Shown here: positions 10,663 through 24,079 of the stretch, piece by piece
Layout of the letters: each line of letters begins with the position of its first letter
Position numbering within the stretch: the stretch's first letter is position 1
Assembly (NCBI GenBank): GCA_002269645.1
Contig: NIVC01001989.1
Span: forward strand, 151,578-215,577
Reading direction: 5' to 3'
Source of the DNA: Macrostomum lignano
Taxonomy: Eukaryota
Length of the DNA stretch: 64,000 bases
Made by a program: the position numbers and the translations under genes
Notes under the pieces: model-generated
Seen by the model: only the letters and a program-made list of their open reading frames with translations
Told to the model about the DNA's origin: nothing
Databases searched by the model: none

Positions 10663-12994
10663 ATGAACTCCGCCCAGGCTGCCGAATCGCTGGCCGCGAT
10701 CTGCAACGGCACCGAGGCGATGGCCGCCTGCATCGAGGAGGCAATCTACAGCGTCACGGTCGAGACCAAGCTGTCCGAGAGATTCTACCAGGCTGCCGCA
10801 GCCGGCTACATCGCGGTTCTGCTGTGCGCGGTGCTGGCCAACAGCCTCATGCTGTACGCCATCCTGTCAACCTGGCGCGAGAGCCGGGCATCGAATTATC
10901 GCTGCTTCTATTTGAATTTGATCGTCTGCGACCTGCTGTCGGCGCTGCTGATCCTGCCGGCTAGCGGCCGCGACCAGATCGACGACCGCTGGCTGTTGGG
11001 CGAGGCCGGCTGCAAGGCGGTGCACGCGCTCAGCGTCTGCCTCATGTGCAGCAGCGTGTTGACCCTCACCGGCGTCAGCTGGCTGCGCTGCCTCGGCGCC
11101 GGCCGGCTGACCTTCAACTGGATTGACAGGCGGCGCAGCCTCGGCCGTGAGCTGGCCGCCATCGGCGCCATCTGGTTGCTGGCCGGCCTGGCCGCCTTGC
11201 CCGCTGGCGCGGTGTCCGAGCTGCAGGAGCAGTACGACGGCATCTCCGGCCACCTCGCGGACAAACTGGACCGGCCAATCAGCTGGCCGGTGTGCCGAGA
11301 AAACTGGGGCAACCAGTCGGCGACAGAGGCCGACGCGGAGGGGCAGCGGCAGTTCAACGCCAGCTTCTGGTGAGCTCAGGCTGTTGCGCAACTTAAGCTC
11401 AAATTCAGATTGAGTTCGAAGTTTTGCCCGCTTCAGAGAACTGGGGACATCAGAGTGCTAAAGTAGCAAAACTGTAGGCGGGCTGCGGCAGAGCACTAAG
11501 AGGGTAGGGACAGAGGGTAGGGGCAGAGGGTAGCGACAGAGGGTAGGGACAGAGGATAGGGACAGAGGATAGGGACAGAGGGTAGGGACAGAGGGTAGGG
11601 ACAGAGGGTAGGGACAGAGGGTAGGGACAGAGGGTTAGGGACAGAGGGTAGGGACAGAGGGTTAGGGACAGAGGGTTAGGGACAGAGGGTAGGGACAGAG
11701 GATAGGGACAGAGGGTAGGGACAGAGGGTAGGGACAGAGGATAGGGACAGAGGATAGGGACAGAGGATAGGGACAGAGGGTAGGGACAGAGGGTAGGGAC
11801 AGAGGGTAGGGACAGAGGGTAGAGACAGAGGGTGGGACAGAGGGTAGGGACAGAGGATAGGGACAGAGGATAGGGACAGAGGGTAGGGACAGAGGGTAGT
11901 GACAGAGGGTAGGGACAGAGGATAGGGACAGAGGGTTAGGGACAGAGAGTAGGGACAGAGGGTTAGGGACAGAGGGTAGGGACAGAGGGTAGGGACAGAG
12001 GGTAGGGACAGAGGGTAGAGACAGAGGGTAGGGACAGAGGGTAGGGACAGAGGGTAGGGACAGAGGGTTAGGGACAGAGGGTTAGGGACAGAGGGTAGGG
12101 ACAGAGGGTAGGGACAGAGGGTAGGGACAGAGGGTAGGGACAGAGGGTAGGGACAGAGGGTAGGGACAGAGGTAGGGACAGAGCACAAAGGCAGACGCTG
12201 AGCATACCCATTAACCCACGGCCTGCAGGTACGGCCTGGCCATCCTATGCTTGGCCTTCCTCCTGCCGCTGCTCAGCCTGGCTGCCGCCTACTGCCGCAT
12301 CTGCCGCGTCATCTACCTGTCCAACCGCATTCTGAACGCGCATCGTCGCTGGCAGGAGATGGTCAGCGCTGGCTATCGCGGTGCTGCGGACACGACCCTC
12401 GTACGGCTCAGCAGCCTGCAGCAGCGCCAGCAGCAGCAACAGCAACAGCAACAACAGAAGCAGCAGCAGCAGCGCCAGCAGCAGCGGCGGCACCAGGCCA
12501 CTCCGCCGCTGCCGCCATCCACCTGCAATGCCATCAGCCAGCGTCGCCGACTGGCAACCTCTCGCCGAATGTTCCTCCTAGCCGTAGCCCTAGTGGTGAT
12601 TTTCGCCGTCACCTGGCTGCCAATCCAGTGCTTTCAGCTCATCCGGGCCCGCCCGGACTCCAGGGTGTGGAACGCTGAACTGTCGCACAAGTTGGCCTTC
12701 GTATTCCACCTGCTGGCGCTGTCGAACTGTCTCGTGAACCCCTGCTTCCTGGTGGCCACGCATTCGCCATACAGGCGCCGGCTTCGCCGTCTGGTTCGCA
12801 ACTTCTACAGGCGCCGACGCCGGCACGGCTGCTGCGTCTGTTGCCTGCTCTGCTTGTGCAACATCTTCGGCTCCTGTTGCGACTGTTGCTGCTGTGGCGG
12901 TCGCGACGGCAGAGACGGCTGCAACACGTGCTGGCTGTGCCCGTTCCGGAAGCGAGCCGGGGACCGGCAGTTCGAGCTGAACGATCTCAGTTGA
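10663..12994 (+). CDS. Rhodopsin-family (class A) GPCR, neuropeptide Y/NPF-receptor-like; 2 exons (10663-11369, 12229-12994), about 490 aa
   Basis: Seven hydrophobic segments: TM1 AN, TM2 NLIVCDLL..LP, ECL1 WLLGEAGCK, ECL2 VCRENW, TM5 FLLP..Y, TM6 FAVTWLP, TM7 HLLALSNCLVNP. The GTGAGC donor at 11370 and CTGCAG acceptor ending 12228 rejoin the Trp codon in frame (F-W-Y-G-L). Start uncertain: in-frame ATGs also at 10432 and 10462. Confidence 0.9.
11499..12183 (+). repeat. 13-bp G-rich minisatellite (ACAGAGGGTAGGG), about 50 copies, filling most of the GPCR intron
   Basis: Direct reading; lies inside intron 11370-12228. Confidence 0.95.
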
Positions 12995-13529
12995 ACTTTG
13001 ATGCCCGCGAAAGACGCTGATTGTAACAGTGAAGAAAGTCAAATTCGATGAACAGAAAGTCAAGAGTCTATTTTTTATGTTTGCCCACGAGTGCAGCTCT
13101 GTATGGTGAATTCCATCTCACAGAATTTTGTCTTGTGAATGTATAAGTGAATTTTCTGTCTCTATAAACTGTTTCCAGTTTGTTTAAACTCGCGCCCCCT
13201 CTCCCTAAGTGTGCCCACCTCCGACTTGACTGTTCTGCACCCTGTCATGAAATACAATAGCCCTATAAAACATGCAACAAAGTGTTCAATTCTGCATACA
13301 GCCCGCAGTAAACCACTGCAGTAAAAAGCATTGGAAATTTCGATTAAGGAAATGAGAAAAACACAGAGCTAGCAGGCTGGGATTTCACATTGGTTCCCGA
13401 TCCGTCTTCGGTCTGCGGCAAAGCCATCCCAAAAATAGGCCCATTGTGCAAGTTAGTAAAAACATCACGCGTACATCCGCACCTGCACTGACTAATAAAC
13501 CAGCCAGTGTCTCACTGCAGACAATCAAC

Positions 13530-13735
13530 ACGTGACAATTTGCCAAATGAAACCAGCCTGACCGCCTTGTTTCTGGACCCGACCGAGGAGGAGGCTCTCA
13601 GGTGTGCTCAGGCGAACTCGAGAAAAACAACTCGACCATATGGTGACTTGCTTTCTGATGGGGATGGCCTGCTGCAGCTGGGAAGCTTCTTGATAACCCT
13701 TGTGCGAATTTGCTGGACAAGGTGCTTGAAAATAT
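13530..13735 (+). pseudogene. Decayed non-LTR retrotransposon (LINE) RT N-terminal fragment
   Basis: PTEEEALRCAQANSRKTTRPYGDLLSDGDGLLQLGSFLITLVRICW resembles the P.T.EEV..AI....KA.GPD.I..E.LK......L..LF..IW segment that precedes LINE RT domains. By-eye match only. Confidence 0.4.
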
Positions 13736-14044
13736 AAGCCAGATGAGGCACAAGTGTTTATCCCTGCCTCCGCGTGAACCTTGGCGCAGCATTCCTAATT
13801 TGCAGTTGCTATGTTATAATGCATGTTCTTCTTCAAATAAATATACACAGCATCTGGTTCCTGCTCACGCACTCACGTTTCTTGACCTTAAAAAACAGGT
13901 CTTCGAGCTTATGAATAGCGATCGGGAATGCTGCTCAGCATCCTTCATCTTGATTGAATTTCACTAATTTCAGTCTAACTGCAAACACGAGCCCGCGCAT
14001 GCCTTAAATGTGTAACAGAGAGGGGGGAGCAGCCCAATTGCAAA

Positions 14045-14845
14045 CCAGATCCTAGATCCCAGATCCTAGATCCCAGATCCTAGATCCCAGATCCTAGATC
14101 CCAGATCCTAGATCCCAGATCCTAGATCCCAGATCCTAGATCCCAGATCCTAGATCCCAGATCCTAGATCCCAGATCCTAGATCCCAGATCCTAGATCCC
14201 AGATCCTAGATCCCAGATCCTAGATCCCAGATCCTAGATCCCAGATCCTAGATCCCAGATCCTAGATCCCAGATCCTAGATCCCAGATCCTAGATCCCAG
14301 ATCCTAGATCCCAGATCCTAGATCCCAGATCCTAGATCCCAGATCCTAGATCCCAGATCCTAGATCCCAGATCCTAGATCCCAGATCCTAGATCCCAGAT
14401 CCTAGATCCCAGATCCTAGATCCCAGATCCTAGATCCCAGATCCTAGATCCCAGATCCTAGATCCCAGATCCTAGATCCCAGATCCTAGATCCCAGATCC
14501 TAGATCCCAGATCCTAGATCCCAGATCCTAGATCCCAGATCCTAGATCCTAGATCCCAGATCCTAGATCCCAGATCCTAGATCCCAGATCCTAGATCCCA
14601 GATCCTAGATCCCAGATCCTAGATCCCAGATCCTAGATCCCAGATCCTAGATCCCAGATCCTAGATCCCAGATCCTAGATCCCAGATCCTAGATCCCAGA
14701 TCCTAGATCCCAGATCCTAGATCCCAGATCCTAGATCCCAGATCCTAGATCCCAGATCCTAGATCCCAGATCCTAGATCCCAGATCCTAGATCCCAGATC
14801 CTAGATCCCAGATCCTAGATCCCAGATCCTAGATCCTAGATCCCC
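14045..14845. repeat. Highly homogeneous 14-bp tandem repeat (AGATCCT-AGATCCC), about 57 copies
   Basis: Direct reading; the unit is a dimer of two 7-mers differing at one base. Confidence 0.97.
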
Positions 14846-15729
14846 ACATAGTCTGACATTTAAGTTTTATATTTTCAACAGTGACATTGAAAATTGACTT
14901 AAAATTGAATAAATTTTGTTCTCGTCTTGCACATTTTTCCTCAAAATATCTGAAAAAACACAAAGCATCAGCAATGACGCTTGAAATGCGTGAAAATATG
15001 CTAAAAATAAGTTTAGACCAAATAAAGTCTAGCGATGTGAGCGTGCAGTCCTGATGCTCAAGTTTTGCATGCCCAGCTCGAACAGAAGAAAAGACGGAAG
15101 CGCGGTGACGCAGCAACAAAATCAGTCAAAGACAGCTTTGCCTAATTTGTAGCAAACTTTTCTTTTTAGAAGAGGTTTCTCTGGCTAGGTTTCCAGCAGG
15201 CCCTATCGCTAACGTGACCAGAGCTGAAAAGCGGTCGCTCGGCTGTTTTTCTCTTTGGAATTTTCAACACGCTCCCCGACTCACTGGCCTGGCGTGTCGG
15301 CTCCAGAGTCTCTCGAAACTCTTATTAAGACTTCATTAGCCGGCGAATGTTTAAACATCACGAGGGGACAGCCAGGTGATCCAGTTGGCTTGCGCTTGGC
15401 AACTCCCACAGGTGGCCCGCACAGACTTACCTGGGAGCAAATTAATTGGGCGGGAGAAAGTCTAAAGGCAGGCACGCAATGCCGGTGTCAGGAGGTAGAC
15501 AAGTGAATTGAAGATTCAAGAGTCACGAAAAGGTGACCAGATTTGTTTATTATTAAGGAATTAAGTGCGCAACTAAGGATTTAAGTGCGGAACCTTTGGT
15601 TTTCCAAGGATTGCTAAAATCTCTAAAACACAACCTGCTGAAAAATCTGTTCCATAGTCAAAACAGAAATTCAAATCAGGAGAGGCAGAAATAACAGTGA
15701 CTCGCTGGCAGCCTGACCTGCAGCGTCTT

Positions 15730-16765
15730 CAGCTAGCCCAGTAGGTTGCCAGCTACCCCAATAGGTTGTCAGTTCTCCCGGTAGGTTGTCAGCTAGCCCA
15801 GTAGGTTGCCAGCTACCCCAATAGGTTGTCAGTTCTCCCGGTAGGTTGTCAGCTAGCCCAGTAGGTTGCCAGCTACCCCAATAGGTTGTCAGTTCTCCCG
15901 GTAGGTTGTCAGCTAGCCCAGTAGGTTGCCAGCTACCCCAATAGGTTGTCAGTTCTCCCGGTAGGTTGTCAGCTAGCCCAGTAGGTTGCCAGCTACCCCA
16001 ATAGGTTGTCAGTTCTCCCGGTAGGTTGTCAGCTAGCCCAGTAGGTTGCCAGCTACCCCAATAGGTTGTCAGTTCTCCCGGTAGGTTGTCAGCTAGCCCA
16101 GTAGATTGCCAGCTACCCCAATAGGTTGTCAGTTCTCCCGGTAGGTTGTCAGCTAGCCTGGTAGATTGTCAGCTAGCCTGGTAGATTGTCAGCTAGCTCG
16201 GTAGTTTGTCAGCTAGCCCAGTAGGTTGCCAGCTCTCCCGGTAGGTTGTCAGTTCTCCCGGTAGGTTGTCAGCTCTCCCGGTAGGTTGCCAGCTCTCCCG
16301 GTAGGTTGTCAGTTCTCCCGGTAGGTTGTCAGCTCTCCCGATAGGCTGCCAGCTCTCCCGGTAGGTTGTTAGCTCTCCCGGTAGGTTGTCAGCTAGTCTG
16401 ATAGATTTTCAGCTAGCTCGGTAGGTTGTCGGCTAGCCCAGTAGGTTGCCAGCTCTCCCGGTAGGTTGTTAGCTCTCCCGGTAGGTTGTCAGCTAGTCTG
16501 GTAGATTGTCAGCTAGCTCGGTAGGTTGTCAACTAGCCCAGTAGGTTGCCAGCTCTCCCGGTAGGTTGTCAGCTCTCCCGGTAGGTTGTCAGCTCTCCCG
16601 GTAGGTTGTCAGCTCTCCCGGTAGGTTTTCAGCTCTCCCGGTAGGTTTTCAGCTAGCTCGGTAAGGTTGCCAGCTAGCTCAGAGGTTGTCAGCTAGCCCG
16701 GCTGGTTGTCAGCTAACCCGGTTGGTTGTCAGCTAGCTTGGTTGGTTTTCAGCTACCTGCATAAA
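15730..16765. repeat. 20-bp minisatellite (GTAGGTTGTCAGCTAGCCCA family) with a perfect 60-bp higher-order repeat at the left end
   Basis: Lines 15781-16080 are identical 60-mers made of three 20-bp variants; the order randomises after ~16140. Confidence 0.95.
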
Positions 16766-17272
16766 TCCTACCGTTTTTAAGCCCATTTTAAGCTACCTGA
16801 GCCTCCCCTGTTAAAAGCCTCCATTTCTGTCAGTCGCACGATGCAGTCCACAAATCCCCCGTGAATTTCTCAGCTAATCTCTGCCGCTTCCTTGGTTTCA
16901 AATTACAGTCGACATTAAAAGATCCCGGGCACTACGGCAGCTCACGTAGCATTGTCACTCTGTTGTCACCCGCACCATCGAGCAATCATTTTTAAAAATC
17001 TGTCAAGAAATCCAGTCATTCGCGTGCCCTGTTGAACAGATGGATTGACTAATGTCGCTAATATTAACCTTGCTTTAATCTCCTTGGTTTGTCTAATTAG
17101 AGATTATCAAATTGACAGGCTGCTCGCACTGCCCGCCCTTCGATCAGGTTGAGCAGGCTGGAGTCTATCGCGAGACAGTATAAATCCCCCATCGGCTTAT
17201 CCCGCCGTTCAGGTTGCTTAAAAATAGTCTCAGCTCTTAATCCCGCACGGAGACGGGCGCTCAGTTCAGACA

Positions 17273-17485
17273 GAGAGAGCCAGCTTCACAAGTGACTCTG
17301 CCCCCATATAGCGAGCAGGTCAGTCAGACAGAGCCAGCTTCACAAGTGACTCTGCCCCCATATAGCGAGCAGGTCAGTCAGACAGAGCCAGCTTCACAAG
17401 TGACTCTGCCCCCATATAGCGAGCAGGTCAGTCAGACAGAGCCAGCTTCACAAGTGACTCTGCCACCATAGCGAGCAGGTCAGAC
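17273..17485. repeat. Tandem repeat of about 54 bp x4 (GACAGAGCCAGCTTCACAAGTGACTCTGCCCCCATATAGCGAGCAGGTCAGTCA)
   Basis: Direct reading. Confidence 0.9.
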
Positions 17486-17809
17486 ACAAATTTCGCGAAT
17501 TAGTGAGAAAGTGATGGCTGATGCTCCACAGCCGCCATGTTTCCTAATACGCGAGGACATTAATCCGAACTTTTAGGTTGCAATATTCGCAATATTCAGA
17601 TCACTTTTCAAATAGTGCTCAAGGCGTACTGACTGTCTGCAAAAACTAAATCGCGAATTTAAGCCTTCTTGCTTTTAGGTTTATATGAGCCAGACGAAAG
17701 ATAGATTGAATTATTCATGGTTTGATAAAGCTTTATAAAGAAAAGGTTGTCTAATCGTCCCCTCATTACATAGCAGTGCATTGTTAGCCGGCAGATGCCA
17801 GATTGTTAG

Positions 17810-18570
17810 CTAGTTCATAGACTGTTATAGATATTTGGCAGATTGTTATACATAGTTTATAGACTGTTATAGATATTTGGCAGATTGTTATAGATTGTTT
17901 ATAGATTGTTATAGATATTTGGCAGATTGTTATAGATTGTTTATAGACTGTTATAGATATTTGGCAGATTGTTATAGATTGTTTATAGATTGTTATAGAT
18001 ATTTGGCAGATTGTTATACATTGTTTATAGATTGTTATAGATATTTGGCAGATTGTTATAGATTGTTTATAGATTGATATAGATATTTGGCAGACTGTTA
18101 TAGATTGTTTATAGATTGTTATAGATATTTGGCAGATTGTTATAGATTGTTTATAGATTGTTATAGATATTTGGCAGATTGTTATACATTGTTTATAGAT
18201 TGTTATAGATATTTGGCAGATTGTTATAGATTGTTTATAGATTGATATAGATATTTGGCAGACTGTTATAGATTGTTTATAGATTGTTATAGATATTTGG
18301 CAGATTGTTATAGATTGTTATAGATATTTGGCAGATTGTTATAGATTGTTTAAAGATTGTTATAGATATTTGGCAGATTGTTATAGATTGTTTATAGATT
18401 GTTATAGATATTTGGCAGACTGTTATAGATTGTTTATAGATTGTTATAGATATTTGGCAGATTGTTATAGATTGTTTAAAGATTGTTATAGATATTTGGC
18501 AGATTGTTATAGATTGTTATAGATATTTGGCAGATTTTTATAGATATTCGGCAGATTGTTAGAGATAATA
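17810..18570. repeat. 42-bp AT-rich minisatellite (GATTGTTATAGATATTTGGCAGATTGTTATAGATTGTTTATA)
   Basis: Direct reading; the 14-aa periodic ORFs are repeat artefacts. Confidence 0.95.
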
Positions 18571-18789
18571 AGTAGATTGTTAGTAGATCTCCAGCCTAGA
18601 ACTTTATCATTGTCTTCAGCCAGCTAATTGAAGCCAACAAATATTTCAGACTGCCAGCAGGTCATTAAATAAATTTTCCAACCACTCAAACCTTACGTCA
18701 GCGGGTGCTAGCATCTAAATAATCTCATTACCGTTAAAGCTAATATGTCTGACTGTGGGCATAATAATAGTTGTCAATTAGAAGCCACT

Positions 18790-18900
18790 GTTTTATTACG
18801 ATTGCGCCAGACATGCAGAGGCACGCCCTACCGACCGTTTCTTAGGTTGCCATCCAGGGTCTTCGGAGAGAACAGGTGATGCGCGGAGGACAAGCGATTT
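18790..18900 (-). pseudogene. Possible LINE (RTE-like) RT C-terminal remnant
   Basis: Minus-strand frames give RLSSAHHLFSPK and GWQPKKRSVGRA, resembling RL.W.GH..R....PK....W.P..KR..GRP. Short and frameshifted. Confidence 0.3.
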
Positions 18901-19199
18901 CACTGCAGCATGCAGTGACGCAGCATTAGCAGCGCCTGTGAAATCTGGCATTATTATATTTCCACCTGCTGGTCGCTACACCGCAGCTTTACGAGGAGGA
19001 ATAATTGCTGCGAGATTACGGCAAAGGGAGCTCAACCTCGTCTGTCTCCTGTAGTTCCAGAGTTGTGCCTGCCTAGGACACAATTTAATCGTCCTACACT
19101 CAACCTTTGCAGACTCAACCTGTTCGGAAGTTTCTCCAGCTTGAAGTTCGTCCGACCGTCTATTGCCCGCATTACAGTTCAAGTGGGTTGTGTTGTCTA

Positions 19200-19828
<629 letters not shown>

Positions 19829-20229
19829 GTCCGTGCAGTTTTCACCCCGTTGAAACAATGGTGCAGAAAAGTTTAAGCCATGAAATCCTTTCCGCCTCTT
19901 TAATGAGGCTTGCAGGCAGAAATGGGAAATTTGGAGAACAAAGAGGCGAACGTTTAGGGAGCCATATTTGGAGGGAAAACTAACAAAATCAGTATTTCTA
20001 ATTAAATAGACAGACCTGCAGCATCAGTAAAAAGAGGCTTCATATATGTACAACAGAAATTTGGCCCTTTTAAATAATTAGCTCGTATAGAAAAGTGAGA
20101 AGTAGATTTTGTTCGAGTTGTCTAGTTTCGGTGCTGGGAGGGCTGAATAAGCGCGCCTGAGATAAGCGCGCATGTGTATTCTTTACGATTTGACATAGAT
20201 AGCGCGCACAGGCAGAAGCGCGCAAACGC

Positions 20230-20299
20230 GGCAGTGACACAAGTGCGCAGACAATTTTGACGGTAGTGACACAAGAGCGCAGACCATTTCGACGGTAGT
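20230..20299. repeat. Left part of a 32-bp tandem array (GACGGTAGTGACACAAGAGCGCAGACCATTTC) split by the Gypsy insertion
   Basis: The same unit resumes immediately after the 3' LTR at 24238. Confidence 0.9.
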
Positions 20300-20457
20300 T
20301 GTTGTGGGTTGATGGCTTTGCCATAGACATTTTTGTTACGCGACTGCGTTGATGAATTGAACCATGCTATTGAGTTATGAAATAAATGATAGACGCGTCA
20401 GAGGTCAACAGACCGCTAGACTGACAATTGCCAAAGGCTAAAGCCAAAAGCACAACA
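20300..20457 (+). repeat. 5' LTR
   Basis: TG...CA ends, internal AATAAA; matches the 3' LTR except TTATGA vs TCATGA. Confidence 0.97.
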
Positions 20458-20485
20458 GTGGCGTCGGCAAGCATAGGCTACGAAA

Positions 20486-23400
20486 ATGCCTGGAAGTACG
20501 CCAGCATCGCCAACTAAAGGAGTTGGTAAAACGGTTTCGAGCGACAAAGCACCACCGCTTGCGATCTCATCGAAATCAGTCCAAGCGACAAAGTCGGCAA
20601 CAGCGACAGCGCAGAACCCAAGCGCACAACTATCGAGAGGACAGCAAGTTGACATCGAAAAACTCGATGAAAGTTCGAACTTCCAGAGGTGGTTGGACCG
20701 ATTCACACTGTGCAGCGAACTCAACGGCTGGCAGGACGACACGAAAAACAAGCTGCTGCTGATGAAGCTCAGCACCAAGCTGTACGACGCATTGGCAGAT
20801 CGAGCCGCTCCCAAGAAGCCGGGAGAAAAGAGCTTCGATGAACTGACCAAACTACTGGCCAGCATCCTGGAACCAAAGACGTTCGTCATGGCTGAGAGAT
20901 TCAATTTCCAGCATATCACTCGCACGGCATCAATGAGCATTCGTGAGTATGCACAGCAACTCTGCATGCAGGCAGACAAGTGTCAGTTTGGCCTATCCAG
21001 AGATGAGAGACTGAGAGATCAGCTCGTATTCGGTTTGAATGACAAGGTGGCCATCAGCAAGTTATTGGAACAGGACTTCAGCACTCTCACGTTTGAGACA
21101 GCTATCAACATCGCTGAGGCGCACCAGAACCTATCACAAACGCAAATACTAAAGAGTTGCACCAGTCAGCCGCAGTCTTCTGAAGTAATCAAAATTTCAG
21201 CATCGGTGGCCAGAGGCTCCCACTCTACAAGCTCCAAGTGTGGCAATGTGGCACAATGCATGGCTCCAATGGAGGGTGTCCTGCGAAAGGAAAAACGTGC
21301 AACAAATGTGGCATGCAAAACCACTTCGCAACAGTTTGCAAAACGAAATCAACTGGTTTTGGCAAAGGCCGAAAATCGTTCAAAAGCCCGTCAGCATCTG
21401 GTCAATTTAGGCGAGCTGCAGTGTGGCCAAGGACCACAAGCTTTGTAGATGCAAGCGAAGCTGAACAGGAGGATTGTTTTCACATTTGACATCCCGTTGA
21501 TAGCTACACCGTGCCTGTTAGGCTCAGACACACGAGCGGGTCGATGCTTAGCGTGAACGCACAAATCGATACTGGGGCAGGAGTTTCGGTAATGTCAAAA
21601 ACGAACTGGAAACGATTGGGTTGTCCAAAGCTGACACCTACAGACACTGTTCTGACAACATACGCTGATACGCAGATGAAGGTCTTTGGAACACACGACA
21701 CTGAGTTGGAGTACAATGACGAGTTCATTCCAATCACATTCTTCATTGTGGAATCGCAGAGGAACTTTGTTCTGGTTGGCCGAGACAAGCTCAATTTCAC
21801 GCTAAACGCTGTAGACAACAGCTGCACATCGGCAACCCAGTCATGCGAATTTCCACCAGTAACTCTTAAGATCAAGGAAGGAACCACTCCAATTCATTGC
21901 AAACCCAGGCCGCTACCCTTCGCACTCAGAAATCGATCGGTTGCTTGAAGAAGACACCATCAAGCCCGTCAAGTTCAGTGAATGGGCCTCACCAATTGTC
22001 GTGGTCAAGAAACCTTCTGGAAAGCTCAGACTTTGCGTCGACTACAAGGTCACAATCAATTCTCATCTTATCAACGATTCATATCCGATGCCTGCACCTG
22101 ACGAAGTGATTGCAACTGCTGCTGGCAGCCGGATATACACTCGTCTGGACCTAGAGAAAGCTTATCACCAGATCCCACTAGATGAAGCTTCCAAAGAGCT
22201 GACAGTAATGTCAACACCATTTGGGATGTTCGCTTTCAACAAGCTTCCGTTCGGAGTGAAAACAGCACCTGCGATCTTCCAGCGGTACATTAGCCAAGTC
22301 CTACAAGGAATTCCTGGCGTCATTGCCTACGTAGACGACATATTGATATGCGGCAAAGGCGTAGAACAATTGGCAGTTCGTGAGACGGAAGTATTGCATC
22401 GACTAAACCAGCAAGGATTGAAGATCAACACGGCGAAAAGTGAATTCCGCAAGACTTCGATCAAGTTTCTAGGCTACTTATTGGAAGGAGATCAGCTCAA
22501 GCCGGACCCAGCCAAAGTGAAGGCAATCCAGGACATGACACCACCGCAGAACGTTGGCGAGCTTGAATCCTTCCTGGGTCTCGTAAATTTTAGCGGCAAG
22601 TTCATCAGAAACCAAGCTGCACTGACCAAGCCTCTCAATCGACTAAGAAAGAAAAATGAGGACTTCGTGTGGACAAAGGAGTGTCAAATAGCATTTGACG
22701 AAATCAAGGTCACTCTCTCTGATCAATCGAGTCTTCAAATATTTGATCCGGAGAAGCCCATTGAACTGGAATGCGACAGTTCTCAGCGAGCTCTGGGCGG
22801 AGTGTTGACACAAAGCGGTCAAGTCGTGCTGTACATGAGCAAGACTCTGTCTGACGCCGAAACAAAATATTCGCAAATAGAGCGTGAAGGCCTGGCACTG
22901 GTTTGGTGCATTCAAAGATGCCATCGGTTCTTGTATGGCCGGAGGTTCACACTGATAACTGATCACCGGCCCCTCACATACATATTCGCGCCAGACAAAC
23001 AGCTGCCCACCAGAGTTTCAGCTCGACTACAACGATGGGCAATCATACTAGCTGCTTATGACTATGACATACAGTATCGACCATCAAAGCTAATGCTGTC
23101 GGATGCGCTATCTCGACTGGTGCCCGCTAAGCCGAATGCACAGACAGCATCGATCGGACTCCTAGAACCTGACAACCCCTGGGAGCGAGTGCACATTGAT
23201 TTTGCTGGTCCGATAGAGGGCAAGTACCTACTCATCATTGTGGATGCGCACTCGAGCTACCCGGAAGTCTTCATCACGAGCGACATGAAAGGCCGACAGT
23301 CATTTCCAGACTTAGAAGATTGTTCTCACAACAGGGGGTGCCCAAGTGTCTCGTGTCAGACAACGGCCCTAGTTTTGTGAGCGAAGCGGTGACCGGCTGG

Positions 23401-23874
23401 CTCACCCAGATTGGCTGTTCGCACATCACAACGCCCGCCTACCATCCACAGAGCAACGGCATTGCAGAGCAAATGGTGCGAACCGTCAAAGAGACAATCA
23501 AGACCAATGGTTTATCCCAAAGAAGTATTGACAGATTTCTACTGTTCTACAGAGCTGCCAAAGGGAAGCAGCAAGCATCACCGTCTGAGTTGTTGAACGG
23601 CAGACAAATACTCGTAAGACTCCCCATCTCGGAGAGCAGCACTCAGTCCAAGTGGATCCCAGGAGAATCACTCATCTACCGTGCATCGAGTTCTCATGAG
23701 CCACGAACTGTGAGATTCGCCAAAATGCTTGGCAGCAACACAGCAGTCGTCACCACAGAGACTGGACGAAATCTAAAGACCCACCTCGATCAACTACGAA
23801 TCGGTGAGGTACATGAGGCTCACGGGAACTACGGAAATGGGGGATTCCAAGCCCGGTGGCAACGGTCCAAGTGA
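20486..23874 (+). pseudogene. Disrupted gag-pol of the Gypsy element
   Basis: Gag (FQRWLDRF..., ERFNFQHITR, LRDQLVFG), Zn knuckle CPAKGKTCNKCGMQNHFATVC, protease IDTGA, RT WASPIVVV/LCVDYK/YVDD, RNase H CDSS...YSQIERE...TDHRPL, integrase HIDFAGP/SDNGP/HPQSNGIAEQ. Frameshifts near 21250, 21930 and 23300; in-frame TGA at 21487. Confidence 0.95.
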
Positions 23875-24079
23875 CGACGGCCAACAGACGCGTCCGTCAT
23901 CGACAGACACTGAGACACTACCGGGAACAGAACAAGCTGAGAGAGCACAACAGCAACAGACTGAGGCCGGAGTTCAATCCAAGCCGTCACCCAGGCGAAG
24001 CGAACGCTTGGCCAAGAAAACTAGAATTTTTTATCGCACCTGAGTGATAATTGTACACCTACCTATAGAAGAGGGAGGG

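Noticed and set aside
15425-15434. ACTTACCTGG, identical to the U1 snRNA 5' end
   Set aside because: The match stops after 10 nt with no U1 stem-loops or Sm site. It is more simply a consensus donor (CAG/GTAAGT) on the minus strand that I could not attach to any gene.
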